NCBI GenBank assembly: GCA_028534125.1
Contig: CM052818.1
Coordinates: 16,618,001 to 16,682,000 of the forward strand
From: Lama glama
Lineage: Eukaryota
Direction of reading: 5' to 3'
DNA: 64,000 bases
Below the pieces are notes generated by a model. It saw nothing but the letters and a program-made list of their open reading frames with translations, was not told the origin of the DNA and ran no database searches. Positions 1 to 12,134 of the stretch are shown piece after piece (the stretch's first letter is position 1; each line of letters begins with the position of its first letter). The translations under genes and the position numbers were made by a program.

Positions 1-723
1 GAAATATATCCAGAGTATTATTTTTCTCCTTAAAAAAAGCCTGCCCTCATAACATACTATTTTGCCAGAGCCTAACCAAGTGGAAGGCAAATACCCAACT
101 CCAGGCCCATCTAACTTTCCTCTCATCTAAGGGGTAGAAAATAGTGTAGCACTTGTGAAAGCCACAACCTGGGGAAACAGGCTCACTAAAGACTTTGATC
201 AGTCATAGGACTGTAGACTGCTTCTCTTTCCCCCACACTCACTACCACATCAGTCAGGCTCCTCTGTAGAAACAGGGTATTACAGCTGAAAGAACTAGAA
301 GCCTCATTCTCTATTAAAAAAAAAAAAAGAGTATCTAGGAAAACAGAAGTGACAGTAGAGGAGACAAAAACAAGGACACTAAAGGGAATGTTAGTCTCTG
401 ACACCTATAGCTCCAGCAAACATTAAACATAGTTTAACTTCTAGCCAGATAAGCATAAAACCTCACACTAAAGGCCTATTGTCTTAGTTCCTCTTACCTG
501 ATATATTATGTCTGGCTATCAACAGAAAATTATAAGGCATGCTAAAAGAAAAAAAAAACAGTCTGAAGAGACAGAGTTAACTTCAGAACCAGACTCAGAT
601 ACAGCTATCATACCAGGAATTTGCAACAACTGTGATTAATATTCTAAAGGCTTTAATAGAAAAATCGGACAACGTGCAAGAAGAGATGGGTAATGTAAGC
701 AGAGAGATAGAAACCCTAAGAAA
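1..723 (+). mobile_element. Old L1 (L1MC/L1M-type) 5' region and start of ORF1, degenerate, runs off the window edge
   Basis: 'gaagagatgggtaatgtaagcagagagatagaaaccctaagaaa' and 'aacagtctgaagagacagag...cagaaccagactcagata' resemble remembered L1MC 5'/ORF1 consensus. Confidence 0.65.
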
Positions 724-1924
724 TTTGCATCCTAAGGACATTTAAAATATCTGCACTGTTACATCAAGAAATGTGTCATTAATTAGGGCACCTTATCTAC
801 TGAGATTATTTATCAAGATTTTATTTTTTGGACACAGACACCTACTTAGCCTGTTCTTGATGCAGTTCCACATGGAAGAGCCTCACATGTACCCCAAGGA
901 AGGATAGCATCTATTTTCACCTGCTGATAGTGATGGCAAAACATAAGTGATATGTAAGTATCCCTTGTACCCAGAGGAAAATGAAGTGTTTGGTCGTGGG
1001 AATTGAGACAGGAATGATCATCATAAGCTAATGTGTCAGTTTCAAGTTTTATACACATAAGAACCATTTGTATTCTGTTCACCACTGAAAATCCAAGGAA
1101 ACTTTGTACAGTACTTTCATTTCATCTGTTTCTCCATATCTAATCCACCAGCCACTCAAAAATGCTTTCATTTTCATGTAACATAAACAGTACATTTTTA
1201 GCTATAAACTCTTCCTGACTTAAAAAATGGAACTGTCTCTCATTTTCTGATTTAGTGAAGTGGAGTCCCTTCTAATGCCAAGCATCATAGGGAGTACCAA
1301 TCATAGAAAGGTAAAAAGAACTGGCCCCTCCATTCAACAAAAGTATAGTCTAGAAAAACCTTATGAATCTTTGTTGAAAGAATCCTATCATGAGCACTAA
1401 TGATGTGATAAAGAGAAACTAGATCAAATATGAGAGAACCAATAATTCATTCGTCACTGTCACCTCTGTGGCAAGGAAAGTCCTATGTGGGGAGCAATTT
1501 CCAAGGAACTTAGAGGACATAGGGAAAAGCAGTAGACTCCAAATAGACTTTTTTAACAATCCAACTGCCCAGAAATATCTAATCATATTTCTTTCTTTAA
1601 ACACAATCTTTAACCCTCAGTTGATAAGTCTCAACATTTTTGAAATAGAGCCCCCAAATGACAAAAATTCCCCTTGAATATAATTAGGGACTTCCAAGTG
1701 TTTTGCCATATGTGGATTTCCAGGGCCATGTGTCACAGTCCGAAGCAGTAACATTGCAATATCCATTCAAAATAGTTGTTTTTGTTTTTGTTATTGTTTT
1801 TGTTTTTGTTTTCTGCACAAGCCAACGATGTGTGATTAACCATTCAAAACAAATTGTCAGATTTGCTCAATGCAATTTAATGTTTATTGCATTTAGTCAT
1901 AATTCCACATCTAATTGGTAATGA

Positions 1925-2150
1925 TAATATTTATTGAGTGAAAATCATGTTCCTGGCACTCTTTCAAGCATTTTATGTAAATTTACCTCATACAATCTTT
2001 ATCATAAACCGATGAGATAGAATGTTATTTTAGATAAGGAAATGGCATACAAAGAAGTCAGTTATGCAACATCATACAGTGGTCATGTATGGTAGAATTG
2101 CCAAACTTCCAAGACTGCTTTTAATATGTACACTCTTATTACATATTAAG
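1925..2150 (-). mobile_element. MIR SINE
   Basis: 'tatttattgag...cctggcact...tttagataaggaaa' is the reverse-strand MIR tail and core. Confidence 0.6.
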
Positions 2151-2200
2151 CATTCTTGTTGAAGTTACATAAAGTATAACTGACAAATTATAGATACTCT

Positions 2201-2664
2201 TATCAAGAACTGCAAAGAGTCTGAGTTTTACCCTACTTGAAGCTAACAAGACAGTATGCCACACTTTCATAGATGCCGGAAGTCACAAGACTTTTGGATG
2301 AGAGGCAAAGGAAGTTTATTATTTGAGCAATAACAGTAGTCAGAGTATCACCATTTTTATATTGTTTCCTGAGGTCTAAATTCCACAAGACCATGTGAAG
2401 AGGGGCACATGTTACCTGTAGTTGTAATGGGTTGCATTAAAGGAGATAAACCCTGAGCTTAGGAAACTTAACTCTTTTAAAATGGGCAGGCAGAAAGCAT
2501 GTCTGTCTGTCCTTTGCTATTAAGCAAGATACTATCTCATCTATGGCCTTTGGCCTTCCACTATACAAACATTCAGAAAGATAGTCTGGAACAAAGGGAA
2601 GTCAGTACCTCACTCACAAGACTTGCAGAAATGCAAAACACCTATGAAGAATTTACTTCCAACA
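2201..2664 (-). mobile_element. LTR40-like ERVL solo LTR
   Basis: Reverse complement starts TGTTGGAAGTAAATTCTTCATAGGTG...TTTGTTCCAGACTATCTTTCTGAATGTTTGTATAG, close to remembered LTR40; other end 'tctgagttttaccctacttgaagctaacaag' also fits. Confidence 0.7.
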
Positions 2665-2744
2665 ACTCCTATTCCTAAAACATGAACCTATTTCTTCTTT
2701 GTGATAAATTTGTGTTCCTTGAAAGGAAATTCCATGTGGAAGAT

Positions 2745-3500
2745 ACTGCAATTTATCTCCTCATCTCCGTTATTCTATCTATGTCATAGTAAAAAACCCA
2801 TAGCTGTCAGAGGATACATGGATTTCCAAAACATATTTTAATGCTCTCTTGCAAGTAGATTTGACTATGTGGCAAATGTTTAGCCCATTATATTCCATTA
2901 GACATACAATTCAAGCCATGTATGCAATTAAAATGGTTCTATCAGCTGTATTTTTAAGTAAAAAGAAGGACATGAGAGTAATTTTAAAGATATGCTTTAA
3001 ACCAATATATCCAAAATAGTATCATTATGACATGTAAGCAATATAAAACACTGACAATATATTTTACATTCTTTTTTCATACTAAAATCTTCAAAGTCCA
3101 TTGTATTTTGATCTTAAAACATACCTCAATTTGATATTGAGCTGTGTTTCACATCCTCAATAACGACATGTGGCTAGGGGCTATTGTATTGGACAGCATA
3201 TATCTAGCCAATGAGATTTGAGAAGAAATATGTGCAATTTTCAAGTTGTACACTTAAAGGGAAAAGAAGGCTCTTTCTCTTGCCTCATCTATTCTACCAC
3301 TTTGATGACAAACCAGCTTAGACATAGTAGGACAGCAAGATGATAGATGGCTGGATTTCAGAAAAATGGAGCATATAAACTATGACCTGCTGATTCTGTC
3401 TACACTATTGTCAGAGAGAGAAAAAAAAAACTATATTGCTTAAGCCACTCTTATTTTGTTGTCTCTAATAGCATTTAAAACTATATCTTAAATAATATAA
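2745..3500 (+). mobile_element. MLT1 (I/J-like) MaLR LTR, interrupted by MER33
   Basis: 'tagccaatgagatttgagaagaa' and 3' end 'gcttaagccactcttattttg...cttaaataatata' are typical of old MLT1 LTRs; sequence resumes after the nested insert. Confidence 0.6.
2886..3201 (+). mobile_element. MER33 (hAT-Charlie non-autonomous DNA transposon)
   Basis: Collinear with remembered MER33 ('ccaatatatccaaaata', 'atattttacattcttttttcatactaa', 'catgtggctaggggctattgtattggacagc'); degraded 8-bp TSD gtttagcc (2878-2885) / atctagcc (3202-3209). Confidence 0.85.
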
Positions 3501-4094
3501 ATTGTGTCTTATTTATTTATATTCTCATTACCAAATGGAATGTAACCCTGAAAATGTTTATTGAGGTAAGATGTGAGGGTGTAGCAAAGAACCAAAGCAC
3601 AAGATCATCTTAAAAATGAATCTGAGAAGTCACACAGAAGTGGATGCGGACCAGGATCTATTTCCCATTTTTACGTTCCAGAAATGGACAGTTCATTAAT
3701 TGCTGTATGAGTAAATATCAAAGTCTTTTTGAAGCAATAGTGTAGTTAGTCCTTTCTTAGATACATAAATAATACAAAATAGTGTTTAATCCCTTGCTTA
3801 TCTATAAATAAAGGCATTAATTATTTGAATTAATAAAAAAGGTTATATCAAATGGGGGTAATAAGGTCTAGAAAGAATTGCACTGTGACTTGAGTTAGAT
3901 CCTGGAGAATACATAGTTCTCTGTTATGTATATTCTCATTTAGGGAGTGTGATATTTTCTCTTAGCCCTATATTTTGAATGGTACATCAATATATAGCTT
4001 GTTCTTTGTCTTAAAATAGTCCTAACTCCTGGTTTCTACCACTAAGCGCTTGTTTTAGTTTATTGTTGCTGATGAGAAAAACTATGCTTGAGCT

Positions 4095-4600
4095 AGAAAA
4101 GCAATCTATGCCCACTGTAGGAAACTCAGAAAGTACAGAAAATTACGAGGAAACATGAATGAAACCTCATCTCTAAAACAATCTCTATTAATGTTTTGCC
4201 ATTTATCCTACAAGTAAATTTTTGAATTATTTCTGTCTTTGCATATTTTCATTGGGATCACTCTTTGTATAAAATTTTGTAGATAGCAATGTGTACACTA
4301 AATGTTATATTTTGAACATTTGCATTCCACTGAAAATTTAGTAAATACTGTTTTTACTGACTATATAATACACAATCAAATACATGCACCATCAATTATT
4401 TAATCATTGTTCTTATGTTGGACATTTGCATTTGTTTTTCTTTTTCACTCTTATAATTGATTTTTGTTAAATTTGTGCTCTTTGTGAAATGAGTTAGTCA
4501 TTTCGAGCCAATTCCTATGGACAGATGTAAGGACAATGGTTGCTTTGGTTACTGTTAACAAACAGGTTTTTGGAAAGTGAATCAAATCCATATGCAATAT
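4095..4600 (-). mobile_element. Ancient L1ME-type 3' end fragment
   Basis: 'ttatttaatcattgttcttatgttggacattt', 'ggaaactcagaaagtacagaaaa' resemble antisense L1ME 3' UTR. Confidence 0.5.
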
Positions 4601-5294
4601 ATAATCATTGTATTAGAAGGTGCTTGTACCAGATCATGAGACTAAACTTAATAGTGTGGTATAGTATTTTGAGATTACAGAGATGATCCTTTGTCTCCAT
4701 ATATTTGGACCAATGGAAGTAACTATAGAATTTAAAAATTATTAGGAAGAAGAAAGCTTTGAATGTATTTTCATTTTCTAGCACCAATGCATTTAAATCT
4801 CCAAGAAAGTATATACCTTGTTAAAGAAAAAAAAAAACATAAAAACAGATTTGGCAACTTCCCTTGACAATATATTCTAGAATATTAAAAACTATGTTAA
4901 AAATATTTTTAAGTTTATTCAAGTTTCCTGCTCTATAGTGTAAGGGTTTTTTTCCTTTTCTTCTTCCAGTTATACGGCAAATAATTAGTTATAAATATAT
5001 GTAGGCTATTATTAAATATGCCATCTTTAAAAAAGTCATGTCTTTAGATAATTTGCCAATTTTAATTTGTGATTATTCAGATTTCCAAACAAAGTTCATT
5101 TCATTATAATGCTATGTCAGGAAATAACCATTTGCTTTCGTGTTGCTTTTGCTTTAGGCTACTGTGCTATTCAAGAGAATTGATTTGCATGTGCAAGTCA
5201 GAGGTGTCTAAATATGAGTTACTTTATCAAAATTAGTGATTAGATTTATAGGTTTTAAATATTGATAACAAAATTATATAGACCATTTATCTTA

Positions 5295-5385
5295 ATTGGT
5301 GGTGGTTGAAGGGTATATGCAAACCCTCTGTATTCTCTTTGCAACTTTTCTATAAGCTTAAAATTATTCCAAATAAAAAAGTTTA
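5295..5385 (+). mobile_element. L1MC/L1MD-type extreme 3' end
   Basis: 'gaagggtatatgcaaaccctctgtattctctttgcaacttttctataagcttaaaattattccaaataaaaaagttt'. Confidence 0.65.
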
Positions 5386-6092
5386 GTTAAAACGTAATAT
5401 GGGAATCCATTTTAGTAATTACGTACAGATTTGTTGAATGTTATATCTAGAAAGAATTTTAAAGATAATAATCATGATTTTAAGTATGTGGTGATGATGA
5501 ATAATGATTATGATGATGACTCAGTGATGATTAATACTGAATAGGTGTGTGTGCCTAGCACTGAGCACCACTTTTTAAAATGCTTTATCTCACGTACATT
5601 ATCCTTTTTCTTTTTTATAATAACTGCCTTACTGAAGAATAGGAGCAAGGTGATAGGAGACTTGCTGCCCCCTTAGTGATTAATATAATCTTTGACCCAA
5701 GTCCAAATTTTTATGGAATTTTGAGAAATTAGATACATTGTTTTATTAAAGGAAACTCTCACTGGATAAATGTGAATGCCTGATTTGGCTCATCTAATCA
5801 TGTACTAGTTAAATGTGCTTTATTATGCACATTAAAATTATGTAAAGGATACCATGGATTTAGTTTTCAATGACTGAGTGAAGACAAGTAAAACACTAAA
5901 TAATGAAAGTTAAAAGATGTCATAAACTGTAGAGTGACTTCAGTTACCACTGAACAGCACCGTTTTTTATTAAGGGGAAAGATTATAAATGTAAATATGG
6001 TTTTATTGTGTTATGGTTGGGTTGTTTAAAACAGATATATATATATCCTTCAGTTCTGCTGCCTGCTTAGAAGGAGTAAGAACACAGTTTAA

Positions 6093-6270
6093 CCATAGCT
6101 TTCAAACTTAATCTGAGCCTCAGAACTCCTCCTTCAAAAGCTCAGTAGAGATGTGGAGTGTCTCTGGTCATTCCAGCATGATGTTCTAGCACTCCATGTC
6201 CCTATCCTTCTCTTCTCTCCCAGGAGTACTTGGATGAGGACACTGTTTGGATACAGTTTGAAAGCCACTG
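6093..6270. mobile_element. Short hAT-Charlie-type MITE
   Basis: Terminal inverted repeats ccatagctttcaaact (6093-6108) and agtttgaaagccactg (6255-6270), 13/16 match, CAGTGG-type end. Confidence 0.5.
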
Positions 6271-6374
6271 CTTAAACAGTTGAGAGGTAGAATCTGGTTC
6301 TATTTTGGGATAGAATGAGACAGCAAAGGCCTCATCAATTTTTATGCAGTAGAGCCTTCGTGATTTTTTTTCTT

Positions 6375-6950
6375 GAGACTAAAGAAACTTTCAATTGCAG
6401 ATGATATATAGTCCAAACAAATATGATTTAAGCAAATAGAGAAAATTTTTTGTCTTACATAGCTAATAGGTTTCAGTATAGGGGTGTCTCCAAAGCCTGA
6501 GGCAGAGATTTTAATTGTATCATCAGGGAACTGATTTCTTTTTTCCATTTCTTAATTCTGCCTTTGTGTATGCACCTCTATGCTTAGTTACCATGGGATC
6601 GCCTCCAACATGGTCACAGGATAACTGCAGCTTCTCCAGAGCCAGTTTTTACTTAGCTTCAGTCTATGCACAAGATTAAGAGTATCATTCTAAAGATTTC
6701 TCTAAGAAAATTCATTAAGTTTTATTGTGTCTCTCTGGACATGAACTCGATGCACTGGTGGATTGATGCATTAATTGACTTACATATAGGTCACAGGCTG
6801 TAACTTTGAACCAGATAAAAGCTTCGCTAGGCATGGGAGCTGAATTTGGGGATGAGGGTGCTTTCCAGAAGAAACCTGGGTAGAATTAACAGAAGAGTGA
6901 AGAATAGATATGAGAAACCAAAAAATACCAGGTACTTACTTCTTTTCCTA
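6375..6950 (-). mobile_element. Old MLT1 (K/L-like) MaLR LTR
   Basis: 'actttcaattgcagatga...tgatttaagcaaatagag' and 'aacatggtcacaggataactgcagc' resemble antisense MLT1. Confidence 0.45.
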
Positions 6951-9900
6951 AAATGATGGAGTTTGTTCATTAACTCATTTCCTTATAAAGTTGTTCTGAG
7001 TTTCATCTCTTCTAGTTCTGTGTTGGAAAAATTGCATAAGATAGTTCCTGTCTATACTTATATCTTAATAAAGCAAACTGTATCACACAAATACATAAAA
7101 ATCTATACTTTTTTCTCGGCTTGACTCACTATGTACATTTTTAATAAAATGTTTGAACCAGAAAAAAATCCTCACTACCATCTCCCATTTCCACACATTC
7201 CAGTGTTATTGGCAGAAAGCCTCAAATAATTTTGGATTTTCCAATACCCCTTGTGGTGTGTTAGCCAGATTCAGTAAGGAAGGAAAATTTGTACTTTCCA
7301 TGTTTTGAGCATTAGATTTATTGCAAAATATAACCAAATACCTGCTGCCAGTTGGGCTGAAAGAACCGTCTGAGAAATTACATGAACCTTTCTCTTGTTT
7401 AATATTCAAATGTAAAAAGTGCATTATGATGAAAAACTTTGTATAAATAAAAAGATATAAATCATAAGATGTAACGGCACTAAACAAGTCCATTCTAAGG
7501 AAAGTGATAAATATGCTGGTCTATGAATCAAGGTAATATGAAACATAGATAATATGATAGATTGACAGAAAATTAAAGCAGACTTCAATGGTATGTTATA
7601 CTAAAAAGTCAGTGCCATTTCAAAAACAAACATATGATGGTTCTCTTCAAAATGCCATTATTTAACATCATTATTAGACTCCATTTTTACTATCTATGTA
7701 AGAAAAATTAACAAAAAGGGAATTTATAGAAAAGAATAAATAATGAAAACAATAGAGTAATTAATTATCATAAAGTTTACACAAATAAACATGAAAAGTT
7801 TAAAGTTTAGTGTAAAATATACTTAAAAAACAAGAGGGAAAACATAATATTATGTTATCTTATATGCGATAAGCAAACCTAAATGTGAATCCCTTGATAA
7901 TGTCTTTATTTGTAAAGTATTTTATAGCCTCTTCTTAATGGGAGCAAAATGGTTAAACAGGAGACCTTTATATGGTCTATGAATAATTAATTGGAATAAC
8001 AAATAACATTCTGAAAAATCATAGAAAATAACAAAAAAGGGCAAATATGTATATGAAACCGTGTGTGTTCCCTTGCTAAGTAAGCTAGAGTAAGGTGTGA
8101 AATGTGATGGATTGCTGTGGCATGCTGCCAAGTACAGGGTGCCTAGAGGAGAGAGGCATTGTTGCATGGATAGAGGCATGTCATGTCCAGATAATACATA
8201 AAGGAGTGCAAATGTTGTCAGAGTATTAGAGACAGAGTAACCTTCTTAGGTTGGGGGAAATTAAGAAGAGAGGAAATTATAGCAATAAAAGTATACCTTT
8301 TTCGGTCTTGGGATGACATCTGAACTTAGTGTGGTTGCAATGTGATTGTTGAGAGTTTTCCATAGATGTCCAGCCCAGTAAGGTGTGGATAAGAAGTCTT
8401 CTAAGTCTTGGCTGCATAAAGGAAATTTCCGTATGTGTCCTTAACCTGACTTCTGCCTAATTCGTTGCTCCCTCCATTCTGTTGACTTTGAGTGCAAAGT
8501 CCTTTCTATCCACACACAGATATCCTTGCTTCCACACTTTAGCCTGATGCAGAATCCAAGCTTTCACAGCTTCTGACCTCTCTTTTAACATTTTCTCTTT
8601 CTTCTCCCTTCTTTGGCTCTGTGTATTCATAGATAGAACTCTAAGAACCTTACTTTTCCTAGCCCCAGCTGAGGTGTAGACCTCTTGAGTCTCTGATATA
8701 AAAGAAATCATCATTTCAGTTTTCATTTGTTTGGTCTAAAAATACTGTGGCACAGAGAGGACAAAGATTGATAAACAGGATCAACAAAGCAGAAATGGTT
8801 GCAAATTGTACCAACAGACAAGCCAATTCTTTAGCGCAGTATATGAGCTTCTCTATTTTCAAGTAGAAGATACTGGAAGGTAATTAATGAAGTGCCCTGT
8901 CCCACAGACTAGGGATAGAGAGGATGATGGAGGAGGAAAGAACTCAGGCTAAGGAGTGGTCTTTTTTGGAAGGGCAGGGCTTAGGAATGGTACAGAAATT
9001 TCTCATTCAAGACAGTACTATCAAAACCAAGACAGCAGGCAGAGCTAAGAACTGATAAGAAACTAAAAATCCAAAAAGCTGAGCCACAAGTCCAGAAGGT
9101 CTGCCAGTGAAAGAAGCTAACACAACCTAAATTTAACCTGAAGTGCCTCCTTGTCCTTGTAGAAGTTTATATGCATTCATGGAACCATAGCTCAATAGCT
9201 AAAAGTAATTAACAAGGCATCCCAGTATTTAACTAGACAATTAAAGGAGATTCAAATTAGAATGAATTGGATACTTTTCAAAATTACCTTTACTCTCACC
9301 CTAAATTGTCTTTCATTCCTATAGTGGTTCCAAAGGCTTTACTCAAGCCTGTTTTTATTTATTGTACCCCCTCCTGCATCTTCAGCCAGCAAAGCTTTTC
9401 TGTCTCTTTTCCTCCTGCCTTTCCTTATGATTATTTTTATCAGGTAGCTTGACAGACTTTCCTGCTTTTGTTTCTTTTCTTTCTGTTTCATTTACTACCA
9501 TGTTCTTGACAAACTGTAGCTGTTCCAGAAAAGCCAGCAGTATGGTTGTGGTATTTATTATTGTTATTAATCTCTTTCCCACTATCTCTCCTCTGCCTCT
9601 GTTAATTCTTTTTATTCTGTGTTATTAAAACCCCAAACTGGGCCCACATAGGTAATACTCTCTTAAAGTCCTGGGGAAGGTAAGAAGCTGAGCATGCAAA
9701 CCAAATTATCTTAGAGAGATGGTGGTGGAGAGAAGGAAAAGAGAGGTTCCTCCACTTACTCTGCCATTCTGGTGTTATAACAAGTTCATGGAGTCCAAAA
9801 CTTAGAACTCAGGGAACAAACTCAAGCTAGAGAGGGAAGCAGAAACGTAGAAACGAGTCTGCCTAGAAGGCAGATATTTCATATCATTTCTTTTATGAGC

Positions 9901-11967
9901 TCGTTTGTGTTTGGGGGAGTGAGACACGAGGTTAATGAATTTCAAAAAAAGTCAGAGATAGGTTAGATTTACTACCTAAACAACACTTCAGAGCAACATA
10001 TCCCAAAGTGAAGCCTGCAAATCACCAATACCATGAAACGTTATGGGGGGGAAGTGGTGAGAAGTTTAGTAGTCAATTTTGAGAAACATGTTCATCTCCA
10101 GGTTACTCAAAAGACATGACTGCATATTAAATACTCTTAGAATTTTGCTGAAATAGGAAAACCTGCTTAAATTTATTTGGGTGCTTTTCAAGCTCATTGG
10201 GTCAAGATCCCATTTTCTTGTAAGGTGTTTTCTAACACTGTATTGGGTTGCTTTTCTAAAGGCAAATAAGTGCATTTGCAAAGGGATACCTGACTTATTT
10301 GGAATACATATGCTGATATCTGAACTCACATATGAACTGTGGCATAGTTTCAGAAAAAAAAAAAATTCATTGCTCCAGATAAGCCCTGCTTACTATCAAG
10401 TGATTTAATTACTGCAAATGGAATTGTAATTCTCTCCTTTTACTATAGAGTTGTTTCTAGTTAGACCTTTAATGTCTCTCCAAACAATAATGTTTGGCAG
10501 AGAAATACTGTCAGTCAAACAGAACCATAAACATCTGTGTTTGTTTAGAATACACTTCCCTATTTAATTAAATATTTGGGTGTACCAGGAAATTTTTGTA
10601 TCACTGGAAATTCCACTGGAATCTTCCAGAAACATTATATGCCATCTGAGAAAGTCTGTCTCTCGCTCATTAGAAGACTGATTTTTTATTCTTTGTGCTA
10701 TTATTTTCTAAATGCATATGTCTTCTCACCTTCAGATTTCAAAATAATTAAAGCTGTTCTTTATTGTTAAGGGCATAAGAAAATACGTTTTAAATGTGTG
10801 GAAGTAGGGTTATGAAAGGACGTCTCAATGAAGAGTAGAGTGTCAAATTTTTTATATTGTACCAAACTCTGTCACTTCAGTCTGTCTTGAAAAAAAGTTT
10901 GCCTCATTTTACAAAAAGACTCTGATAAAACAATGGCAATGTACTCTCAATTGTTCACTAGTCTAAAAATAGGTCATTAGCATGAATATTAGACATGATT
11001 AAACACTGCAGCATAATTATTTTGTCTTAGGCCACATAATATCCATGTGTCTTTTCTCTTGAAATCATTCCAAACTTTTTTTAGATCTCTAAAAACTTAA
11101 GAACTGAAATATTGAGATATAGAAAATTATAGAAATGCATATACATACAAATAGTTCTCTAAAAAATCAGTGACTTTTCAAAGTGATCTAATACCTTATA
11201 AGTCAGGGGAACAGTTATCCTTATATTATATTAATCTTTATAAAACCACAATCTATAATTAATTCCAAAGAAAGGTGAAATTACTGTGGTTTAGAAGTAT
11301 TGACTATAGTCTTCATAACACTCGTCCCAATAATATTGTCAAACAGATAAAATATCATAGGATGGTAATAATTTAAACAGTTTTAATGACCATCAAATGA
11401 GTAGATACTCTTAGATTGGAAAAATAACATATCATTAACAATTGTTAGGACTTTGTATCTTGTCAATTCAACCCTATTTCACAGAGTAACTATCACAACA
11501 ATATCCATAAGCAGTATCAATATAATCTTTATTGTATATATCTATTTGTTGATTTGTACAATATATGTGACCAATAGGAAAACCTTTGAATATCAAATAG
11601 ATTTCTACCATTATTTCCATTTTTTCAAGACATGACACCACATTATAAAAATAAATTAAATTGTAAAGAAAATTCTGATATAGGGGAGTTATTTGTAATA
11701 AGATCTTTTTTCTGTTTTCATTGATTAAAAAAAAATCCAAACAGCAGATCTTTGTTACTTGAATTAACAATCATTTGATTTTATTAGTTAATCCTGCTAA
11801 AATGGTATAGAAATGTATGGCTCCATGGTGCAGGCAGATCTCTGTAATGATTAGTTGTAATGGAAATGTTTCTTTTTCATTCCTGGGGCATGCCATTGTC
11901 ATGGACTTTTGATTGACTTTACTGAATTTCCATCTGTGAAATTTAATTATTAAAAAATAGTCATTAA

Positions 11968-12055
11968 CCAGGGGGGTAGAGGGTGGGAAGGGATAGACTG
12001 GGATTTCAAAATTGAAAAAAAAAAAACTACTTGAAAAAAAATAAAAATAAATAAA
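11968..12055 (+). mobile_element. Very short, young L1 3'-UTR insertion with A-rich tail
   Basis: G-rich L1 3'-UTR motif ccaggggggtagagggtgggaagggatagactggga (compare 28837-28875), A-rich tail, perfect TSD taaaaaatagtcattaa at 11951-11967 and 12056-12072. Confidence 0.85.
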
Positions 12056-12098
12056 TAAAAAATAGTCATTAAAAAAAGGGTGCAAGAGATAGAATATA

Positions 12099-12134
12099 TG
12101 TGTGTGTGTGTGTGTGTGCGCATATATATATATG
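12099..12134. repeat. Compound (TG)10/(TA)n microsatellite
   Basis: Seen directly. Confidence 0.9.

Noticed and set aside
8457..8726. 89-aa charged minus-strand ORF
   Set aside because: No recognisable domain or splice context; length is within chance expectation.
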